DNA of 64,000 nucleotides, taken from Marsupella aquatica. Taxonomy: Eukaryota > Plantae > Marchantiophyta. The DNA lies in the NCBI GenBank assembly GCA_973895155.1, contig OZ316892.1:14004861-14068860 (forward strand), given 5' to 3'. The notes beneath the pieces were generated by a model that saw only the letters and a program-made list of their open reading frames with translations, had not been told where the DNA came from and did no database searches. This document shows positions 55,196-64,000 of this stretch, in pieces (positions within the stretch are counted from its first letter, which is position 1; the number at the start of each line of letters is the position of its first letter). Made by a program: the position numbers and the translations under genes.

Positions 55196-55530
55196 GGGCT
55201 GTCTTGCATATAAACTGTCCTGAAAAAATGGCCCTCTAAATAACCTATGGCAGCCCCTGAATGAGCAAGACTTTCCCCTGATTGAGGCAGTCCTTCCGGC
55301 ACTAATCTAGGACTTGGAAGGGCAAGGCACAAAAACTTTGCAGCCCTTCATTGTCCCGGCCTTTGATATTCAAATAAGACAACACAATCCGCACTTTGAA
55401 AGGTTCAGAATTTCCTGCAGCCTCAATTCCGCTGTACTGGGAAGCGCATAAGATTTGGTCATTTCAGCAGATCCTACTTTTCTGATCATTTTTGCATTCT
55501 GAAGGGTCAATGCACATGCAAGACAGCCCC
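55196..55530. mobile_element. PIF/Harbinger (Tourist-like) MITE, ~335 bp
   Basis: 14-bp TIR GGGCTGTCTTGCAT / ATGCAAGACAGCCC(C), flanked by TAA on both sides. Confidence 0.7.
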
Positions 55531-56054
55531 TAACTACTACAACCAGCTTACTTGGATGTTTGAAAAATGCTTCCCTGTCATCATCTTAATCTCACATTTA
55601 GGAAAACATTTTTAAAAAGTCCATGGGGCTTTTAATTTCAAATTACTGCCTTAGTAATATTTGGCAGCTTCATTAATTAGAGTTTCTCCATTTTCATTAT
55701 GTCAATTACCTTAGTAATATGCCCAGAGAGGCATGGTTATGTGATAGCTCACTTGAGTTTGGGGTTTAAGGACTCATAGGTCTAAAGTGTCACTTGAGTT
55801 GAGACTCATAAGTCTAAAGTTCAAATGTTATGTTATGATCCACTTTTCACTTTCTATAGGGTTTCACAAATTTCCCCTTTAAAAAAATAATAATTTAAAT
55901 TACCTTAGTAATATCTGATCTGATACTATCATACTAAACCCCAAAACGTGGCACAGCCAATAATAGACCATACACACATTAGTGGCCTATTGTGGGGCGA
56001 TCCGCAATCCTATTGAAAGATTCGATGGTCCAGAGTTTCAGTCATCTTGAGCTA

Positions 56055-56108
56055 ACACTACACTACACTACACTACACTACACTACACTACACTACAGAG
56101 AGAGAGAG
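56055..56108. repeat. Compound microsatellite (ACACT)8 + (AG)6 upstream of TPS1
   Basis: Read directly from the sequence. Confidence 0.95.
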
Positions 56109-57455
56109 CAGAGGAGAGAGCAAGAGCAGTAGAGTAGAATCGAATCGAGTGACGAATCGTGGAGCGACGAATTGCTGGTCTCGTTGGTTCGTATTCTGGT
56201 TCTGGCTGCCTCATATTGTTTCTCTTCCCTGGGTTTCGGGCCCAACTATCCCAATGACGATCCGATTCCCACCCCGCCCCAACAGGAGGAGGAGCAGCAG
56301 CAGCAGCAGCAGCTAGCGATTCGAGCTATGGTAGCTGTATGTCCTTTCCGTGATGTCAATAAGTGCGCAGAGGGCGAGAAGCACGGCGTCCATGGCCTCG
56401 AGCAGTCTCCCGAGCTGCCATAATCATACAGTCTGTTAGGGAACAGTGTGCAGGCCGCACGTCATAGCACAATCATCATCCGGCGCCAACGACAGTACGA
56501 AGAAACAGGAGAAAGGGAGAAAGGGAGAAATGGAGACATGGAGAAAAGGAGAAAAGGAGAAACGGAGAAACGGAGAATTCGAACGAAGATGGATGGAGCG
56601 CAACCGCGAGCATGAGTGTCTGTGAGCGTGAAGAAGCAAAGTCAGAAAAGGATCCGCCCAGCTTATTATAGGTATAGTCTATCTACACATTCATCGCTTT
56701 TCGTGGGGTAGACATTCATCTCTTTTCGTGGGGCGCCACGCAGACAAGAAGCCGAGGAGCATCGCTCGTTCATTCGTTCATTACGATGGCGTCGTTCACA
56801 CTCGGCCGAGTCTAAATTTATTAATTCGGCGCCAGGCTCCGCTTCGCTTCCCTCCACTGAATTTGGGAGACAAAGGAAGTGAGACAGAGGTAAGAGGACA
56901 CGCACCAGTCCGGTCCAGTGCGGTGCTGGACTTCCAGCCACACCGTACGTTCCGTAATCTGCCTGCTCGAGGACGGAGGAAATTCAATGATCTTACAGCG
57001 TTTTCGTTTCGTTTCAGCGGTGGTGGGCAGGATGCCACCAGGATCGATGTCCAATGAAGAGGAGGGGAGTCCTTATTATTACCGATATGTGCCATTCGAG
57101 CTTCGGTCCCGATTTCTCGCTGGGACATGCTGGGAAGATTCGTTGTTGTGAGGGAGTGGGTGGGAGTGGGTCTCGTTCGCGTTTGTGGACCTCGATCGCT
57201 CGCTCGCTCGCTCGCTGGCGTCGGAGGAGTAGCAAAGCAGAACGGAACAGAACGGAAGCGAAGCTCTGCCTCGGCCAAGCAGCGCGGTCCTGGTCCCTGC
57301 TCTTCTTGCCATATACTTCTCCCATTCACGCTGGAGGGTCCGAGAGTCGCGAGACGAGAATTGATTTGGAAAAGCCACGTCGGAGAAGCGTGTAGCAGCA
57401 GCCCGTCTATGGTAGGCGTCTGCTGTGGCGTCTGCTGTGCTGTGAATGAATTAAT

Positions 57456-60392
57456 ATGATGGCGGATGACGGGGGCAGCCACGCCATCGGGGATGTATCC
57501 TCCACGGCGGCGGCAGCTGCTGCGAATGCCAAAGTGAGCCACCCTCCGCACACATCCACTTCCCGCGTCGAGCGCCTGCTTCGAGAGCGTCAGCTGCGTA
57601 GAAGGACGAGCATCGACAATGCAGGTGACGAGCCCGACGAGCTCGGGACAGCAGGCGCGGGGGATGGAGCATTCTTTGCCACAGGGGAAGCGGTTGGGGG
57701 GCAGAACTGCATCGGCGAGAATCACCTCCATGGGGATAATGTTGTTGAGAAGAGCCAGCGGGGGACTCAGCGCTTGCTCGTGGTCGCAAATCGCCTCCCC
57801 GTCTCTGCTACGAGGAAGGGCGACGAGTGGTCACTCGAATTGAGCGCGGGGGGGCTCGTGAGCGCGCTGCTGGGAGTGAAGCAGAACTTCGAGACGAGAT
57901 GGATTGGCTGGGCGGGCGTGCCGGTGCAGGACGAGCTAGGGCGGAATGCTCTGTCTGTGGCCTTGGCGGAGAAGGGGTGTGTGCCGGTTTTTCTAGACGA
58001 CGAGACCGTGGATCAGTACTACAACGGATACTGCAACAATGTGCTGTGGCCGCTCTTCCATTACATTGGACTGCCGCAAGAAGATCGCCTGGCTGCCACT
58101 CGCAGCTTACAGTCACAGTTCGCAGCGTATAAACGGGCCAACAAGCTCTTCGCCGATGCGGTCTACTCGCAGTATCAAGACGGGGACGTGGTGTGGTGCC
58201 ATGATTACCACCTTATGTTTCTTCCGAAGTCATTGAAGGAGCTCAACAGGCACATGAAGGTGGGATGGTTTCTCCACACGCCGTTCCCCTCGTCCGAGAT
58301 CTTCCGCACGCTCCCGTTGCGCTCGGAGCTGCTCAAAGCGGTGCTCACGGCGGATCTCGTCGGGTTCCACACCTACGACTACGCGCGGCACTTCGTCAGC
58401 GCGTGCACTCGAATTCTTGGGGTAGAGGGGACGCCGGAGGGGGTGGAGGATCAGGGAAAGCTCACGCGAGTTGCCGCATTTCCAATTGGAATCGACCCGG
58501 AGAGGTTTATCGAGGCGCTCGAGACGGATGTTGTCAAGTCTCACATTCAGGAGCTCCGAGGTCGGTTTGCTGGTCGGAAGGTCATGCTTGGGGTGGACCG
58601 ACTGGACATGATAAAAGGCATTCCCCAAAAGCTGCTGGCGTTTGAGAAATTTCTGGAGGAGAATCCCGAGTGGCGAGATAAAGTTTTACTGGTGCAAATT
58701 GCTGTGCCTACGCGGACCGACGTGCATGAATACCAGCGGCTCACCAGTCAAGTGCATGAAATTGTGGGGCGAATTAATGGACGTTTTGGAACTCTAACCA
58801 CAGTTCCAATCCACCACTTGGATCGTTCCTTGGCCTTCCACGAGCTGTGTGCCGTTTATGCCATTACTGACGTTGCCCTGGTGACTTCTCTCCGAGACGG
58901 AATGAATCTCGTCAGCTATGAGTATGTGGCTTGCCAGAATGGCAAGAAGGGCGTGCTGGTGCTGAGCGAATTTGCCGGTGCAGCTCAATCTCTCGGGGCT
59001 GGGGCCATCCTGGTGAATCCGTGGAATGTGAGTGATGTGGCAATGTCTATTGAGGATGCACTAACAATGTCTGAAGCAGAAAGGAACGAACGGCATCGCC
59101 ATAATTTCATGCATGTCACAACCCATACAGCACAGGCTTGGGCGGATACTTTTGTCAGTGAGCTGAATGATACCATTGTGGAAGCTGAACTGCGAACTCT
59201 CCGCATCCCTCCTCAGCTGCCCACGGAAACTGCGGTTAAGGCTTACCAGGAATCGTCCAACCGGCTACTCATTCTGGGGTTTAATTCCACGATGACAGCA
59301 CAAGTTGAGGCACCTCGTAGAAGAGGACCAGATCAGATCAAAGAAATGAAGCTCCGCTTGCACCTGGGACTCTGGAGAACACTATCGATTTTATGCGACG
59401 ATCCTAAAACGACTATCGTCATTCTGAGTGGCAGTGAGCGAGAACTTCTCGACGAGGCTTTCCGAGACTTCGATGTCTGGTTGGCCGCCGAGAACGGGAT
59501 GTTTCTTCGTCATACGCGAGGAGAATGGATGACCACAATGCCCGAGCATATGAACATGGACTGGGTTGAAAGCGTGCAGCTCGTGTTTGACTATTTTTGT
59601 GAAAGAACTCCTCGCTCGTATGTGGAGGCCCGGGAAACTTCTCTCGTCTGGAATTACAAGTATGCCGATGTGGAATTCGGAAGAGTCCAGGCTCGAGACA
59701 TGCTGCAACATCTCTGGACGGGCCCCATTTCCAATGCTGCAGTGGATGTTGTCCAAGGTGGCAAGTCAGTTGAAGTTCGTCCTGTGGGTGTCTCGAAAGG
59801 GGCTGCAATAGACCGCATATTGGGAGAAATAGTGCACAGCAGGCACATGACTACTCCCATTGATTATGTGATGTGTATTGGGCACTTTTTGAGCAAAGAC
59901 GAAGATGTATATACATTTTTTGAGCCAGAGCTTCCGTTTGAGAGAGACGGTAGTGGAGGCATGAGCGGTAAGGTCGATAGCAGAAATGCTTTGGATAGGA
60001 GAGTTGGGGCCAAAGCAAATGACAGGGTGTCAGCGAAGAGCTCAAGTAAAGCTGGAAATGCACTACGCCCCAAAGTCTCATCCATATCCTCAGTAGTGTC
60101 TCCAGATTCAATAAAGGAGAACAGCATCAAGGATCAGCGAAAACTTGTGGAATCAAGAGGGACTTTTCCTGTGCATGAGGATGAATCCGGAAATCCATCC
60201 AAAGGATCCTCAGTATTGGATCTTAAGGCCGAGAACTACTTTAGCTGTGCAGTAGGTAGAAAACGGTCTGCTGCTAGATATTCTTTGCCTTCATCTGAAG
60301 ATGTTGTTACATTTTTGAAAGCTATAGCTGAAAGCTACCCCAAAACATGGTACGAAGAGCATCCGTGCTTGGATGAGGGGCCGGTGTCTTGA
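57456..60392 (+). CDS. TPS1: Class I alpha,alpha-trehalose-phosphate synthase (GT20 + TPP-like domain), 978 aa, intronless
   Basis: N-terminal RVERLLRERQLRR; RLLVVANRLP, YYNGYCNNVLWPLFHY, WCHDYHLMFLP, GWFLHTPFPSSE, LGVDRLDMIKGIPQK, SLRDGMNLVSYE, LSEFAGAAQSLGAGAILVNPWN; class I C-terminus VLDLKAENYFSCAVGRKRSAARY. Confidence 0.97.
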   Translation: MMADDGGSHAIGDVSSTAAAAAANAKVSHPPHTSTSRVERLLRERQLRRRTSIDNAGDEPDELGTAGAGDGAFFATGEAVGGQNCIGENHLHGDNVVEKSQRGTQRLLVVANRLPVSATRKGDEWSLELSAGGLVSALLGVKQNFETRWIGWAGVPVQDELGRNALSVALAEKGCVPVFLDDETVDQYYNGYCNNVLWPLFHYIGLPQEDRLAATRSLQSQFAAYKRANKLFADAVYSQYQDGDVVWCHDYHLMFLPKSLKELNRHMKVGWFLHTPFPSSEIFRTLPLRSELLKAVLTADLVGFHTYDYARHFVSACTRILGVEGTPEGVEDQGKLTRVAAFPIGIDPERFIEALETDVVKSHIQELRGRFAGRKVMLGVDRLDMIKGIPQKLLAFEKFLEENPEWRDKVLLVQIAVPTRTDVHEYQRLTSQVHEIVGRINGRFGTLTTVPIHHLDRSLAFHELCAVYAITDVALVTSLRDGMNLVSYEYVACQNGKKGVLVLSEFAGAAQSLGAGAILVNPWNVSDVAMSIEDALTMSEAERNERHRHNFMHVTTHTAQAWADTFVSELNDTIVEAELRTLRIPPQLPTETAVKAYQESSNRLLILGFNSTMTAQVEAPRRRGPDQIKEMKLRLHLGLWRTLSILCDDPKTTIVILSGSERELLDEAFRDFDVWLAAENGMFLRHTRGEWMTTMPEHMNMDWVESVQLVFDYFCERTPRSYVEARETSLVWNYKYADVEFGRVQARDMLQHLWTGPISNAAVDVVQGGKSVEVRPVGVSKGAAIDRILGEIVHSRHMTTPIDYVMCIGHFLSKDEDVYTFFEPELPFERDGSGGMSGKVDSRNALDRRVGAKANDRVSAKSSSKAGNALRPKVSSISSVVSPDSIKENSIKDQRKLVESRGTFPVHEDESGNPSKGSSVLDLKAENYFSCAVGRKRSAARYSLPSSEDVVTFLKAIAESYPKTWYEEHPCLDEGPVS

Positions 60393-63300
60393 AGGTAGGT
60401 ATTTCATGCAGAGACGTTACGGTCCAGTCACGAAGGACAAGATCTCGAGGTCAATCTTATTTGTCGTGAGCCTGAATTACCGCCAACTGGACGTCGCCGA
60501 AGTCTTCGGCCGATCATTAGGTTAACCTAACCTATCTGGCAGACTATCAAGCTTTCGTTGTTGGTTCGGATGAAGTTGGTTGCCGAGCTGAATTGTGGTC
60601 ACCAGCTGCATGAGTCGGTCCCCTCAATGGACCTGAGTAACCACTGTGGAAAATGCAGAAGGCAGATAAAATGAGGCGTTCTCTAACGAATTCTTCCTAA
60701 AGTTTCTCTCAGTTGTTTGCTCTGTTGCGGACAGTTTTTTAACAATCAGCCAAACGCAGGAACTATCTGGAGAAGAAAGCTCGTACTAGGAGCCCTTGCC
60801 GTATAATATTGCTACGGAAAGTACTGGAGATCATGGCCCCCGAAGCTGATTTTGCAGTCTACAGTGGGAGGGCGGGAGCTGATACATTCGATGCCTTCAA
60901 AGGGAAAATGAGAATTTAACTAGGACGAACAGTCTGTCAAGTACTTGCCTCATGAAAATGTTCAGCCTCTGAGCCGAAAGACTGGCTGGAATTCTGTGCA
61001 GAAGTAGAAGAGCAGAAATAGAAGTAGAAGAATGGAGAAAAAAAAAAACTGATCACGGCCCAATGGAGGAGCAAACCTGTCCAACCGTGTGTGCAATGCA
61101 GGTATGTGCAGGTTGAAACAGATTCACTAGAACTTGCGACACGAGAACTCATGGCCATCGACCTTGGAGATGATGCAATCACCTGCAAGGAAATTTTCAA
61201 GATACTCGGAACGCTCCAGAACCCAACGCGAACAGTGGATGTCGAACGACGTCTTTGCTCAAACCTCTTTACCTGGATGTTGCCAGGAGACGCCCTTCAT
61301 GTTTTGAGAATGTCGATAGGTGTCATGGAGTAGCTGTCATGGTGTCAGTCTAAAACATTATTTCAAGTTATCAACATGCTGCTCCCAAAATCTATGCAGA
61401 TACATTTTATTAAATAATCGCAGACATATACCAAAGTCGTGCGAAATCAGTGATCTCAAAGCAGGCAGAACACTGTCCTGGTTCAACGTCCATGGAACTC
61501 GTGGAACATTTTATAGAGAGCAGAAGAGTTTGTTTCCGACTAAATTGTACAGAGCCTCATCTTGGAGTTCTGAAAGAGAAATATCTCTTAATGTGTCTCA
61601 TTTTTCAATCGGTGATTAAAGTTTTGCTGGATAGCTATCAATTTTACCAGTGTGCATGCATCTGGGTTCTTTACTGCAGCGTTGTCTATCGACCATTTAC
61701 TTCCATTGCTCAGCTTGTCCCAGCCCAGTGGATTCAAGTGGAAAGTAACTGCCTGGCATTTAACTCGAATTCCCCTAAACTTGGTACTTTGATCCTTCTC
61801 TACGTGGAAACTCTTAATCCTAATGCTGTGAGGCACTTTGAAGGCTTTTCTCCTCTCCCACGGTGACGGTGTTGCTAACCATCTCGTCATTTTTCACGTC
61901 AAGAACAGTGTTGCCCGTCAGGTGTGTTTTCAGTCTGAGGGACCAGCAGGTAAGCATAGGTGTGGCCACCTGACATTACAGTCGCGTAACTTTCAGTATG
62001 CTAACGACAATGAATCGTGGGGTTATCCTAATGATATCAGACATGTGAATTGCCATCTTGACTACTGAGCTGTTACTGGTAGTAAGCCATTTTAGCGACG
62101 CTCGCGGATGGACATTGTCTGTGAGTTTTAACCAGATGTAATGAGTGTGGGCTTATGTAAAGAAACTCCAATAAAGCTTCAGATTTTTCAAGGATGAAAC
62201 TAGATTATGCCAAAGCTCTGAATTGTAGTGTCTACAGTGATCGTCAGGGTATGTAGTTTGTATATAATACAATTTCTCCTTAGTTTCATTCCTCTTCTGT
62301 AGTTCCCTATCACTTACGGATATCGGGTTCTCTGGCACAGCATAGTGAAAGTCATCGCGCAACAATTAGCTTGTTTTGACATTTGCGTGTTCTCCGGAGG
62401 CGACTTAAGCAGCTGTAGAGTACTGTGATGACTGTAGACAGGGAAAATTTGGGGACGTTAATTGAATTTGAGGCCGTCAAGAAACATATTGAATTCTAGT
62501 CTGAGAACTTTGGGCTCTGCGCTTTTGTCCAGTGTACTGAGAAGTTGAGGTGCAACTTATTAGAAAAGCATTTTGGGCGAGTGTTCCGAGAACGCATTCG
62601 TATTTAAACAAGTTAAGATTACAAGCATTCGTGTTACGTGTTCTTAATTAGTTTGGAATTTGTCAACCTTGCTTTCTCTTAAAAATCGGGGGTGGTAATA
62701 GTGCGAGTGAGAGAGAGAGTAAATCTCTTGACGATAAAAAAGTGGGCTTTGTTCTTTTCAGGCTCGCAGGATTTATGTCGCGGGTCCTTCACTATTATTT
62801 TATTTTTTGAGTATTTTACAGGATGGATCTTCGCTTTGGTCTAGTCGCATGAGCTCTCTCTGATTGTTACGATTTCTAAGAGCTCCTAGACATATACGAT
62901 TTCTACGTGAGACACGTTCTACCAATGCAACTGCCATTCTCACTTGAGAGACTAGAAAGGTTTAAAAAGTTCCCAAGTTCAGACTTCGATGAAAACCGGT
63001 ATTCAGATTGAGTCAAGGAAAGAGTTTTAGAATGATTAATAGACACACTGAACCTGCATAAAATCAATCTAATTCCTCGGTACCATTCCAAAACATTCAG
63101 AAACGAGTGTGCGAATACAATCAAGTTCTACTAGTGGTTACAGGCGGACTTAAACTTCGAATTTTGCCTTTCGTAAGTACAATTCCAACGAATAGGTGTT
63201 CTATTTTTTTGCGCACTTTCTCACATCTCCTATTATAAGTACGTACGTTTTCTTTTCTCAGCCTTTCAATAGACAAATGCGCTTTATTAAAAAGAACTTC

Positions 63301-63521
63301 TACTCAAAGCGTTTCGTAACATCCGTTTTCCTGTTCATTTAGCAGTTTGATTAAAACACCACCGTATACCGCAAGACACCTAATCCTAACCGTATGTACA
63401 AGTTGCTCATTTCCACACTAAGTACCCACATAATACACTTTGTTTGCTTTCTGTGAAGCGCCAGAAGACGGCAGTCCTCCCAATCAGCCGAATTGTACAG
63501 ACGCGTTCTAGAGCACCCTCT

Positions 63522-63882
63522 CTAGGAGCTGCTTCTTTTCTTTCGCTCCTCCTTAGTTTTTTGATTCTTTGACTGCAAGAACATCCATGAGCCAAGTTTC
63601 ATTGCCAAGCTTTTAAACAATGCAGAATTCGGAATCCTTTTTTCACGTTCATCTCTTCTCAGACATGAACGAAATAGCTGTACCAAGATAGCAGCCGAAG
63701 ACACAAAGAGGACAGTATTGACTCACCAGAATGATGAGAACCCGGACAAAAATCGATACGAAATCCATGAACAGATCCAACGAATGCTTGATGTAGTCCT
63801 CGTCACCCTTGTCAGCCCTTTCAATGATAAGTTGTGTATCAAAGAGTACGTAGCCAACGAAGAGTAGAAGGCCTCCGTACAA
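63522..63882 (-). CDS. BI-1: Bax inhibitor-1 (TMBIM family), last two exons; 5' part beyond window
   Basis: Exon 63882-63727 [52 protein letters not shown], spliced to 63572-63522 [16 protein letters not shown] (basic BI-1 tail). Confidence 0.9.
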
Positions 63883-64000
63883 CTGCAAGATGCCATTCAT
63901 ATAAACATCAGAAACGCCTCCTTTGTGGAACGATGTCACTTCCGAATACAGCTCCTTGAACATTTCGAGCACAGATTGCAAAGACCAACGAGTACAGGTA

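Noticed and set aside
56796-57731. 311-aa antisense ORF and other overlapping ORFs around TPS1 and tubulin
   Set aside because: GC-rich, low-complexity shadow frames of real genes or UTRs, without domain motifs.

Overview
Eukaryotic, intron-containing plant DNA, most likely from a flagellate-sperm land plant such as a bryophyte (inferred from PACRG, an axoneme-type beta-tubulin and a plant class I TPS). Host genes: PACRG (minus strand, 3' end runs off the window), beta-tubulin, an SLC25 mitochondrial carrier, an intronless class I trehalose-6-phosphate synthase (TPS1) and the 3' end of Bax inhibitor-1. The dominant feature is a 21.9-kb CACTA/EnSpm-type DNA transposon (9980-31837) with CACAA...TTGTG imperfect TIRs and an AAA target-site duplication. 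Besides its disabled Tnp2 transposase it carries a SAM-domain gene, an RPA70-C-like OB-fold ORF and a large gene fusing a TE-type domain to a Ris1/FRG-type SNF2-RING helicase. Its subterminal array and introns hold ~11-bp-phased GGGGTAT motif clusters. A separate, very young 332-bp TRIM (34488-34819) carries a tRNA-like Pol III module in each LTR. Small MITEs and a dispersed hairpin/TTAGGG repeat are also present. All domain calls come from reading motifs by eye; no searches were run.
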